From contig NW_024704755.1 of assembly GCF_018977255.1 (NCBI RefSeq), positions 15,376,001-15,440,000 of the forward strand: 64,000 nt of DNA. The letters are read 5' to 3'. Position numbers and translations under genes: made by a program. Positions 51,815-64,000 of this stretch are shown piece after piece; position 1 is the first letter of the stretch; each line of letters opens with the position of its first letter. Under the pieces are notes generated by a model that saw nothing but the letters and a program-made list of their open reading frames with translations, ran no database searches and had not been told where the DNA came from. This DNA is from Callorhinchus milii. Its lineage: Eukaryota.

Positions 51815-54800
51815 GTCTGCCTCTGGCTCTGATGGTCTGTCACAAGTGACCGTGGATTATTTGGTACAGAGTAGGTCGCTGTGACACTGACTTTCTGTTT
51901 CTTTGGTTTCGTGAAATGTTGCAGGTGTGCAGAATGCAATTCAAAATCACACTTTTACATCAAATTTGTAAAAATAGTAACCCATCCTGTGAAGATCAGA
52001 AAACAAGCTGAGCGTATCTAAACTTAAAAAACACACCGTTCAGCGTCATTAATAGTTGGTGCATTAATAGTTCGTCATTAATTAATATGGTGCTTTCTCC
52101 AACTGGAAATGTTGATTTGAGCACTAACTCGTGGAACAAGTGGTGTCAGAAACATTCCAATTTGATGGGTAATCTCTTCTCATGCTTTTATCCAACTGTC
52201 CCCTGTTTATAGAAATTAACCTTTCCCTCTCTTCTGGCATAGTGCGTCCCTATTATCACTCCATGCAAATGTTTACCCCCATCCCTCTAAACTGTCCAAT
52301 TGTCGGTCCATCTCCAACTTACCCTTTGTATCCAAAATCCTGGCCACTCAACTGTGCTCCCCATTTTGTCCACTTGGTGCTAGAAGTTCAATTTCTACCC
52401 ACAGCAGAGACAGCATAGTCAAAGCAAGGATGATATACTCTATGTTTCTCTCCCTCTCTCTCTCTCTCTGCAACCTTGACTCTCTGCTTCTTGCGCTCCA
52501 AGATCATTCTGCTGCTTTCAAAATTGTCGACCATTCCATCCTACTTGACCATCTCTCTTCCCTCATCCATCTGCTTTGGACTGCACGGCCATCTGCAGAA
52601 TATTTCAGGTCTGTATCATCGACCCCCTTCTTCTTCTCATCTACATGGTCTCTCTCTCTCTCTCGATATTATCCTCAGACAAGCGATTAGCTTTCACATT
52701 TATACGAGTGACAGATAACTCTACTTTTCAACTTCTACTATTGATTTCCAGATCTTCTGATGCTCTCACCGTTTGCGTGTCAAGACATGGATGAGCCCAG
52801 ACTTCTTCGAACTTCTAATGGATGATGGAAGCCATCCTTCTTGTCTACTGTTAACAACTCCTTTCTCCCAGGGATTGCTGCACCCTCTCCGCACCACCAT
52901 GAGTGGCCGAACCTTCAATTTTATGCCCACAAAATATACACAGTTGCATCATTTCACATTGTATCCCGTGAAGCTCTTTTGAATTGTCTCAACAACATGA
53001 AAACGTGCAACATCAATCAAGGTTAAGACTGTAATTATTACTAGATTCATATGCCCTAACCTCTGCCAATCCCTCCACACCCACTTTGTCTCATTCTTTC
53101 TCAATCTCTCTTTGGTTCTGACTCAATCCTACCACTTGAAACATGTCTTATCAGCCCCCCTCTCTCCCCCTCACCTGTCCTTGCTCTGTATCTAACCTAA
53201 ACCCTTTGAAGCCCTCCAAAACAATATCCGATGTGAAGGATGCTATAAAGGGATGATGTTTAATCAACTGATAGCAAATGTGTTTCTTGCATCTTTTGTA
53301 ATTGCTCAGATGATTGTGAAGGAGTTTGAAGAAACATTAATCTGTAGCTCCATCTGACATATTACAATTGCTCATAAATTATGGCATCGGATGGCGCTGC
53401 AGACTACACCATATTTATACTATGAAAAGCTGTAACCTACACATTTGTTTCCCTTGTTCACCAGTTGCACCTTTGTCTGACTGGCTCAGGATTTCTGTGT
53501 GTACCCTGACCCCTGTGCTGCACCATGGGAAGCTTCCAGCCACTATTTCCTGAATCTCTGGAACTCCCTGCCTCTATCCCTGTACCACACAGTATTTTTA
53601 AGTGTCTTCAAATCTCACTTGAAGATTTTGCGCTTCGATTGTGTCTATGGTCAATTTACCTTTCTCCCTGGCTCAGAGTCAAGTTCTGCTACTGTTCAGT
53701 CCTGGGTATGCTATATAAATTCAAGTTGTTGTTGTTGCTTCGATGGTTCCATCAGAGCAGATGTATCGAATGCCCGATAACTCTTTTTGCTCTGCTGCTC
53801 TTCTGACACATGCAGAAATCTTTTACCGCGCTTATGAGTATCCAAACAAACTGACATTTTTATGCCACCGACACAAGGAAAGTTTCCTTTGGCTGGAATG
53901 GAATGCACACTTTCCAGAGGCATAGACTGGGAGGAATTACTCAAGGACAAACCAGTTATAGAAGATTATGCTGCACTAGCAGGACAAATATAGAAAGTAA
54001 AGCAGTGGCAAAATAGACAAAAACACCAAAATGGATCAAGAGGAAATAGCAAGTGAGATAAAGGAGAAGCAGAAGATTTATAAAGCTTGTAAATAGAAGG
54101 AGATGGTGACCATTGGGCTGAATACAAGACTGTACAGAAAGAGACGTATAGGATCCAAGAGCCAACTGGAAAAGAAAATCTAAACTCAAAAACATAAACC
54201 CTCACATCCTTTGAATATTGCAACAGGGAAGATGTCAAAATTTTAAGGGAATCAGATAGGGTTATATAAAAAAAGAATGGACTCCCGGTAGCAAAAATGA
54301 AATGAATAATTACTGGAGCTTTTTTTTATCAGTAAAGACATTAAAATCATGACCACGAACATACTACATTTTCAGCTTGACTAAGTTGGCAACACTCTCA
54401 CTGCTGAGTCAGAATTTAAGCGTTCAAGCCCCAAGTCTGGACACGGAAATCATATAGACAAAATGACACTCCAATGTCATACTGGGGTGGTGGGGAGAGG
54501 GGCGGGAATGCAGCATTTTTGGAGATGCTGTCCTTCGGATGAGAAATTAAACCAAGGGCCCAACTGCCTGTTCATCAAAGATCCCATGTCATTATACAAA
54601 GCAGAAGGGAGTTTCTCCAGATTTCCTGGGCAACAGTCCCCCAAATTGGTCACATACTTTATGGCTGTTTGTGGCGTATTGCCGTGCACTAAAAAACACA
54701 GCCACTGAACTTTAGAGGATACTCTATGAAGTGCTTTGAGACATCCTCCAAAATTTATAATGAGTGTGTATCCACATAGATTATGCTGTCAGCACCTGAG

Positions 54801-57800
54801 GCCAGAAGGCACTGACTGAAAAGGAAAGCCTCTGTCTTGTCAACGTTCAACTGGAGGAACGACATCCAGCACTCATCAGGACTTGATGTCCAAATAGGCA
54901 ATCAATCAGAACAGCAGTAGTCCTGGAAACAAGTTCAGAAGCTGACATAAATTGGGATGCTATTCAGCTACATGTGGAAGTTAACTTCATGTCTGCAATA
55001 ACATCACTGAGCAGGAGCATGTTATTATTAAAAAGGAAAAGGATAGATCTCTAAATGACTTGGATTTATAGATCCAAATAAAATTCACACGTGATATCAA
55101 TTTGGGACAACTGGGGAATCAGAGGAGGCAGGAAATGTTGGCCAAAATAACTTGACAGAGTATTTACATGGGCTGCTAAATTAAGTATAGATAAATGAAT
55201 GGTAAATTCAATATAGATAAATTAATGGTAAACTAAGTATAGATAAACTTATGCGATAGACCAATAGGAAACACGAGCATTTCATGGACTGGATAGAAAT
55301 TGCCAAGGGGAAAGCTGAAATAAATCCTGGTGTGTTAGCTGACTCTTCACTCATATGTCAAAACAGTGTGAGGCAGCAATAAACAAGACAAACAGGATGC
55401 TGTGCTCTTTGCTGCACTAAATCAGTTGAGTTCAAACCCAAAATATCACACTTATCTTTGGCGAGACCACACCTTCATTATTGGAGAGCGATGTGCCTTC
55501 CCTTGACCCAACACAGCTATCCAGCTATCGGCCCATCTGCAACCTTCCTTTTCTGTCCAAGGTCTTTGAGAAAGCCGTTGCTCCCAATTTTGCACTTTCG
55601 TCTCCTCCATGAGCTCCTCCAATTGGGTTTCTATGCTGTGCACAGCACGGAAACTGCTATGGTCAAGGTCACAAACGACATCCTGACCATGTGTCCAAGG
55701 CTCCCGATGCCTCGTCGTCCTCCTTGACCTCTCCGCCACTTTTGACACTGTGGATCACTCAATACTCCTCCACTGCCTCTCCTCCCATGTCAACCTTCAA
55801 AGTTCTGTCCTTGACTTGTTCAGGTCCTACCTTTCACAACGACTCCACTTCGTCTCAGCGAACAGCTTCACCTCCAGCCCCGAACCATCTCGTATGGCAT
55901 TTCTCAGCGCTCTGTCCTCCATCCCCTCCTCTTCACCCTCTACATGCTCCCACTTGATGGCATCATCCACAGACATGGCGTAAACTTCCCGAAATATGCG
56001 GATGACCCCACATGCATTGCCATACTCTGCCACTGCCTCACCCCCATAGGCTGCTGAAATCCATACCCATGCATTCGTTACCTCAAGGCTCGATTATGGA
56101 AATTCCCTCCTCATCGGCCTTCCCAACTCTTCCCTTCACAAAATGCAGATCATCAAAAACTCTGCAGCTCATGTACTCTCACGCATCAGGCTCCGTGACC
56201 CCATCACTCCCACCCTCGCCCGACTCCACTGGTTCACCATCTATCAGAGGATTGAATTCAAGATCTTCGTCCTCACTTCCAAGGCCATCCATGACCTTAC
56301 CCCTCTTTCCTTTCTGACCTAGTGACTCCCTACCAAACTGCCCATTCGTTCCATTCAGCAGGCTCCGGCCTGCTCCATGTCTTCCGCCTGACCCGCCCTA
56401 CCATCGGTGGCCGGGATTTCAGCCTCTCTGCACCTACACTCTGGAATTCCTTCCCACAGTCTCTTTGCCTCACTTCCTCCCTTGCCTCCATGAAGGCTGG
56501 TCTCCAGATCCTCCTTTTCAATCATGCCTTCGGTCGCTCTCCCACCTCTCTGCCTTCCCCCACCGCTACCCTCCCCCTCTATAAATGTAATTTTGTTGTT
56601 GTTGTTGTCACTGTGACATAATGGGGCTGTTGAGTTCCAACAGACAGCATGGAAGAAAGCAACGAGGATGGCCCCCAGGATTAGAGGAATGAACTTTGAG
56701 AGGTATTTAAAATATTAAATGGGATTGAAAAAGTATACGCAGATCTATAAGTTTAGAGTTACAAAGGCAATATCACAATAGATCCCAGGTTTTACCATGG
56801 TGGTGGGGGGAACTTGTAGTGCGTTCTGAAAGGATGTGATCAGATAGGCCAAAGGGTCTTCTTCAATGAAACCAATTGTGAGTGAAGAGGTAGGGAAGCC
56901 CAAGGGTGCACTGGTTGTACTATTGGAGTTTAACAAGCTAAAGTCTCAAAGCTTGCTATTGAAAGCACTATCTGACGAGCTTCACTGCTTGTCCAGCGAG
57001 GACTACTCTTTTCATTAGGTTTTTGGCCTACAGAGTTAACAGTATCTGAGTGGGAAGATACCCCACTCCCAGTGAGAGGTCTACTCCTTGAAGTACCTTT
57101 CTTTTCGACCGTGCCTTTGGTCAGCTTCCTCCCCCTCCCCCGGCTCGGTCCTGGGATCCGTTACTGTGAAGCGCTCTGTGATGCCGTCCGGCGTGGAGGG
57201 CGCTGTATAAATCCATGTGAATCCAAGTTGTTGAAAGTGATTCCAAAGTTCTTTTGCTAAGCAAGTCACACTGGACGTAGCTCAGCTACAAGGCCACGCT
57301 GTTTGCTTACTGGCTCCAATGACTGTGGCTGGTTGAAATTAGACATCCAAAAAGCACTGGGTTTAGTCTACACTAAATAGATAGCAAATATCAGGAATTC
57401 CTTGGAAACCCATAATGAGCAGCACAAATAAGCATGAAATGTGTGAGAGGATAGATCCCCCATCCCCCTGACCCTATTGGCACACATCCGTGTGGATTGA
57501 GCGGAGGTTGTACGAGTTGGTGCGTTGCCATTTTACTGAAGCAACACTTTAAACATGTATTTTTAAAAAAGATTTTTTGTTAAATTAGTAAAAAACACAC
57601 AGTATCACATAAAGCCACATCACGTTACACTATATCCTGTAAAGCGCTTTGAGATATTGTGGCGACGGAATAAGTCACTACATTAAATTCATGGATAATT
57701 AATAAAAACAAATTTGAATTAAACCCACTCTACAGTTCAGGCTTTACTTGTAGTGAGCCAGGACATGATGCCCACAACGATATACCTCATGTTGTAAGAA

Positions 57801-58549
57801 TGCATATCTGTTGTTACACAAACAAAGAAATATTGTGCACAGTTGTTACAGCCACTTTACTACAATAGCCACAGCCTAATGGATGGAAACAGTTTGTAAC
57901 CCCTTGCTCTATATATAATCTGAGAGAGCGAGACTTTTGTAATGGAATTATTCTGTGACATTTAGAAATACAGCAGAACGATTGGGGTTTTAATACTTAT
58001 TTGTTTCATGTGAGATATATTTTTAGCATTTAGGTGAACAGCTCAACCGTTCAACACCCACGCCTCAACTTTTTCACTGGGTTGGATGAATTGTGTCATA
58101 TTTTGTTGACAGCTTTTATGTTAGACCTTACCAAGTGTTGTTTCATTAGTACTGAAGAGACAGAGTGACCAGAAGAGACTGATTTATGCAACTTGTTTTT
58201 TATTGAGAGGTTGATTGAACATGTTACACAACAGTTCCATTCGTTTGAACTCTGGTTTTAGTTTTGCAGCAGTTAAAGAGCTATATTCTAAACAAATAGT
58301 TCAGTAGATACCTTTATGGTTTGGTCAAATTCACATTAAAATAATGTTTAGCATTTAAGTATAGCTATATAGATATAATAAGTAACTTTCCAAGACATTT
58401 CCTAAAGACATCTAATGTAATAAACTAATAAATGAACTCATGGTTCAAACAGGTTAAAAGAGAATAGCAGCACAGGAATAATATGCACATTGTTCACTTT
58501 GGTGGAAAACAACACCTAATATACAACAATATCAGTTTAGGAGCCTGTT

Positions 58550-61500
58550 TCATAACTTGGATCTTGGTTCCCTGCAGATAGCTGCTGCTGCTCCTCCGTG
58601 GTTTCTCACATGTAGCTCTGCATACTCTGTATTCTTAACTCTACTTTTAGGTTTTCCTGTTTTATTGGAAGGATGTAAATCCAGAGCGGCATATGTCAGC
58701 TTGTGCTCCGCTGCTCCTTGCTTGGTCTGTAAAGGCAATTTTTGAGAATTTGATTATATTAATTCATTTTATTCTTCAGTAATCTCCTCAAATAGGCAGT
58801 CACTTCTCCTATAAAGAACTGAGTCAAACAGAATCCAGCAGCTACAATTTCTACCACGAATAGGTTAGTAAAGAAAAGTGAAAATCAATCAGTTTATGAG
58901 TTGTTCATTGACCTACAGAAATGTGGGTATATATTTCTGTATATAATTGATGACCCAGTGCCTTATAGATTGATGCACAATAGCTGGTCTTTTTCAAGAA
59001 AAATAAATGTCTATACAGTGACAAATTGTCGTGAGCATATCACAGCCCAGGACAGTGTCAGAGAGTGAACATTAGAGGAGAAAGAAAGATTAACCACAGA
59101 AATGTTGCAAACAGTCTTATAGTGAACACTGAAGTGAGTTCCACTCTATTTACCAAAGCAAGGAAATCCAGTTGAATACAAAAGGTTTATGTTTCGTATT
59201 TGTGTTTCAAAGATATACCTGGGCGTACACAGTGCTCTCCTGTTGTTTGGGTCTTGGAGTTTTCTTGGAACTGGTCAAATTCAAGGTGACATAAGCCACC
59301 GGCTCATTCTCTCCTCTGTGCATCGTCTATAAAACAGATTGTGATCACAACAACAGCAACACATTGGATTTTAGAGCACCTTTCACTTCGGAAGGACATT
59401 CCAGGGCGCTGCTGGAATGTTGTCCTCACTGTTCTGAAGATTGCTGTGTAAGTACTTATCTGAATGTCCATAAGTTTAAAATATTTAAGACATAGCTTTC
59501 ATATATTTTAAAAGCAGACAATTTTATTGAATACTCTGTCACCAAATGTATGTCACCGGGCACCTCATATTTGAATGATACATTGAGGCTGCAGAGATGC
59601 TCTGAGGGAATACATTTAAAATGTTCTAATTTATTTCTGAAGAACGGTATCTTTCCATCACAACAACCCTGTTTTCAGATGAAACATCTGCTGAGTTGAA
59701 TTTAATAAATGTACCTGCTCTTCGCAATGACTCGATCCCTTCTGGTTTCTGCGTGGACCTTAGAAGGAAATTAACAGAAGAAGAGTTCACTCAATTTCCA
59801 CAACAGTAATTTTGAATATATTTTGGTTAGACTGAATGAAAAACGATTCAAAACCCACAAGCTGCCAGAATCGTTTTTATTTTTAAAAAAGTATAAAGTT
59901 GTCTTGCATCTAACTCTAATTTAAGCCCAGGAGTAGAATCAAATAAATCACACCACCTTAACTACAAACTATCTTGCCCTCTCAATCTTATTCCTGTAAA
60001 CAGCGCTATACCAAATGCAAGGATTATTATTAATATTATTATTATTATTGTTCTCTGTAGCTCCATCATAGAGTCCCTCTTTCCCAAGCCACCTTCAAAA
60101 TTTTCAACAAATTAACCAAGAGAATAGATAATTTGGGTATGAGATGTAAAACCGAAGAGGTAATATTAAACTGATATAAATTGTCAGTGTCAGAACTAGA
60201 ATACTGTATGCAGGATTGTTTACCTCACTTAGGAAATTTACCAGACTGATTCCGGGGAAGATTGGTGCTGCGAGTTCAGTGGCCCAGGCAGAATGTGCAT
60301 TTTATATAATAAAACATTTTCTCGTTGTATTTTATAAAATTAATCAATTGTAACACGATATGGAAAAGATGGGTTAATGGGATGTGGACTCTTTAAAGAA
60401 GGAATAAAGACACCATAGGCTGAATGACCTTCTGCACTGTACATTTCTGTAATTGTATCACAACAGATTTCAGACATTTGTTGCATGGAAATTTCTGATT
60501 AAATATGCAGCTAAATATAAGCAGAGAGAGATTCTGTTAGGGCATTTGTCAATCAATCGCAATATATTAATGATTGGCGTCACTTTACAGGATGTTTTTC
60601 TCTCCTTGTTATCTGGAATTCTCTGCTATTAACTGAACTTTTGTGTTAAATTAAACATTTACATTTAACCTGAATTAAACAGGAATATATCTTACCTTTC
60701 TTTTTGCTTAATTGCCATTGCTTTCCAATGATGAACAAAAGCAGCAGAAATGCCAGGCCTCCCCCTGCACATCCAGCGATCAGCGCATAAGGAAGCTGAG
60801 CGTCACTCTCTACAAGGACAGTATAAACTGAATGTGTTATTGAACACAGCAATGAATTATAGTTTCAGTAAATGCGCGGTGAATCCGAATAGAGATATGT
60901 TAGCAGGTTTTATTATTTGATATTTTATTTTTAAACAGGGTCTTAGTAGATCCGTAGGAATCCAAGGCACTTTTAATGAGAAACTAGATAGCCGAGCTCG
61001 TCAACAAGACTTAAAATTGCAGGACAGTCACTGGGGTGAGGGGTCTCGCCAAATCTATGACAAATACTATTCCGATTAAGCTAGAATGGTGAACCTCTCC
61101 ATGGACATGAAGCACATTCCATTCCAGACACCAAAACAATTAGAGGTGAACGACATTATTGAGCAGAGACCAGGAGTTTGAAATGTGATGAGTTTTTAAA
61201 TCCTTCTTCTCAGGCAGATGGTATGAATCTTTTCAATTCAAAGACGATACACATTAAGCTGATTGTTATTTTGTATATATTTATATGGAGTATTCGGCTA
61301 CAAAACTATATGATCATAATCTTCAGTGCAAACCAAATTAAATATTTTCCAAAAACAATTCAGTTAATAACAATTAACAGTAGGATATTGGCCAATTAGT
61401 GGAGTCCTGTAGCTTAGTGGTTAGAGCAATCACCGCACAAGCTAGAGACCCTGGCTTCCATTACTGGGTCAGGCAAAACATTGGGCAAATTTCTTTACAC

Positions 61501-62104
61501 CACACGTCTCTGTATTCATCTAGCAGTAAGTAGGAATCCAGTTGTTAGTCAATTGGCAGATTGCTTTCCTGTGGATAATGATAATACCTTAAAATACAAT
61601 AATTTGAAGTACTTCGGTCACTCAATCCACGACTGTTTGTGGTACACTGCTGTGCACAAACTGCTGCCAAGATTCACCCACAAAACATACATTCAATTCA
61701 CTTTCCAGTTTATTTGTGAACCGCTTCAGGCTTCTCAAAGACGTGATACAGCGCTATATCAAATGCAAGGATTATGTTTATTGTGAAATTACCTGTGTTG
61801 GATTTAGAAACTGAATATCTGGCAACTGCTGGAATCCGGAGGCTGATGTGAGATACCAGACAGGTATAATCAACGCCACTCTGTACAGGCTGTGTCTCTT
61901 CCAAATAGCTCGAAAATTCATAAAGTCCCTTTGAATTCCTTTCTTTAGTAGAATTTATCCCAGTTTTAACTTCATTGTCATCTTTACTCCAGGTCAGCGT
62001 TATATCATCTGGGTAAAATGCAGCCGTTTTACACACAAGCGTCAGAAATATTTTCGAATCTATTTCAGAATCTCTAGCGAACATCTTCAGCGGGGTAGGG
62101 GGGA
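58550..62104 (-). CDS. I6: inhibitory VJ-C1-TM receptor, 5'-truncated by the window edge (leader and V expected just beyond 64000)
   Basis: C1 61793-62104; TM 60696-60809; cyt1 59715-59758; cyt2 59219-59326 (VAYVTL, TVYAQ); cyt3 58550-58726 (LTYAAL, TEYAEL). 62.2-64 kb is homologous to the V-C1 intron of N1 (2.3-3.75 kb). Confidence 0.85.
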
Positions 62105-63136
62105 CTGTAGGACAGACAATGCAGCAGAATCATATTATTGGTGATCAGTTGAAATATAAAATTTTATTCCCATTTAAATTGTATATGAATTGTTTCCTTA
62201 CAATGTTATAACAAATAAGGTCCACCGAGATGCTGCCCTTCGTGAAAGTTGCTGTTGCAAGTTGTAGTTGTCATAACAAGGAATTGAGATTGGAATGGGA
62301 AAAAACTGATCCTATTTGGGTGTTTAATTTGGAACAATGTTTAAGTTACGAAACATTAAAAGATGCCTTGTAGGAGGTCCTGCCTCTCTCCACCATATTA
62401 GTAGCTGAATGAAAGTATTAACTATGATGAGAGAATGGGTAAACTTGATTTATATTTGATAGATCTGAGAAAGATGGGAGTTAACTTAACTGAGCTGTGA
62501 ATGAACAATAACATATTGCAGGCGCATCCTTCCAGTAGAGGAATAAAAATAGGAGACACAATCAAACATTTTGGCTGAATCTGTTCGACGTGACATGAAA
62601 TCTCTCCGTTCACATGTATTACTATACTATTATGGAATCCACTCCCAGAAGTGGCCTTAAATACAGATTGGAGTAGGATATTTAAAAGGGCGAAGGCTAA
62701 ACATTTTAAGTGGTTGGAACGTGGTGGAGAAATTGGATTAAAAATTATGCCAACATTCTCGAGCAACGACAAGTGGAGATTTCACCTTTATTAGAGATAT
62801 GAGCAAAACTTCCCCGTTAACACCAACATTCATTTTGTTCTGCTGTGTTTCTTCAAATTTAAGTTTCAAACCAACTCACAATAACTAGAATAGGTAATTC
62901 AAAATCATTTCATGACCGTTGATGGAACATTGCTGTATGCAAATTGGTGCTAATTGTCCGAGTGCTTTTAAACATCTGCCTTTCATATACATCAGTAAAT
63001 TGTAAAAGTCTGGACCGTAGGTGCAAGAGATTCTGATTATCATCATTATTAATAGTAGCAGTGCTATTAGCATTAATTATTAGTATTATTGTTGTGTTAA
63101 TAATGATAAATCTTGCATTATTCTTATAATAATAAT

Positions 63137-63460
63137 GTGGAGTCCTGTAGCTCAGTGGTTAGAGCACTCGCTTTGCAAGTGAGAGACCTGGGTTCAATTC
63201 CAGGCAGAGGACGAAACCTTGGGCACGTTTCCTTACTCCACACAGAGCCTAATAATAATCCCTCCAAAACAAAAAACAATAATAAATTGTCATTTTCAAT
63301 CTACGACTGTTTGTGGGACATTGCTGTGCGCAATTGGCTGCCGCGTTCACCCACAAATATACAGTCAATTCACTTTACAGTGTGTTCTGTGAAGCGCTTT
63401 GGGAAGTCCTCCCGATGTGAAAAGCGCTATATCAAGTGCAATGATTATTATTATTATTAT
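63137..63460 (+). mobile_element. Young full-length tRNA-derived SINE, same family as the copy at 48558
   Basis: Near-identical to the 48558 element along its full length; inserted in an AT-rich (TAA) tract. Confidence 0.9.
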
Positions 63461-64000
63461 TAATAATAAGATTGGAGTAGGATATTTAAAAGGGCGAAGG
63501 CTAAACATTTTAAGGGGTTAATAATAAGGATATTAAAATGAGTTTTGCATTCGATATGGATCCATTTGTCGAGATGATGTCTCAAAGCTTTATCATAGGA
63601 TTCACTGTAAGAAGTGGCAATTTTGTAGAAGAACACAGCAGCCAATTTTGCACACAGCTTGTGCCACAAATAGTCATGAAATGAGTAACCAACTTTTTTC
63701 TGGTGGAGTCGTCTGCCGGACAGGGGAGGGAAGGATCTCTCTTCTGGTTTCGAAAAGAACTACGGGATCGTTAACATTTACCTGAACATGCAGGAGGGAC
63801 CTCGCTTTAGCGCCTCATTCACATCAAGTAATAGAGCAATGTAAAGGTCTGGACCATAGTGCAAAAGATTCTGATTAATCATAATAATAATTCAACCTCA
63901 AGACAATGTTCCTAACATTGCTTTTGATTGTGTGCGCAGTGATCTTCATGTATTGACGTGGGACAATCTGAATAAATGTGTTCATCATAGAATAAAATCC

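Overview
AT-rich vertebrate genomic DNA, very likely from a cartilaginous fish and plausibly a chimaera. That assignment is inferred from tRNA-headed Deu-domain SINEs with L2-type (TAT)n tails plus CR1, L2 and Penelope fragments. The whole window is a head-to-tail, minus-strand tandem array of multi-exon Ig-superfamily receptor genes, which I rebuilt by hand from splice sites and reading phase. Each main gene is leader - germline-joined VJ-type V domain - single C1 domain - TM, with three different signalling ends. (i) Inhibitory: neutral TM plus three cytoplasmic exons carrying four Tyr motifs VAYVTL / TVYAQT / LTYAAL / TEYAEL (I4, 33.3-40.1 kb; I6, 58.5 kb to beyond the window). (ii) Putatively activating: TM with an intramembrane Arg and a short tail (A2 11.6-15.2 kb, A3 22.0-24.7 kb, A5 45.9-49.5 kb). 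(iii) Tailless: neutral TM with a stop at the end of the TM exon (N1, 0.9-4.7 kb). Upstream of each main gene whose 5' end lies in the window is a second, C1-less leader-V unit (X type). It is intact at 51 kb, damaged at 27 kb, and a decayed pseudo-exon at 7, 19 and 43 kb. A ~24-25 kb block (A-X-I) is recently duplicated (about 21-38 kb versus 45-62 kb). The picture is a SIRP-like / VJ-C1 non-rearranging paired immune-receptor cluster evolving by birth-and-death and gene conversion. No database search was run, so family assignment and novelty are inferred. Gene labels N1, A2, A3, I4, A5, I6, X3 and X5 are my own.
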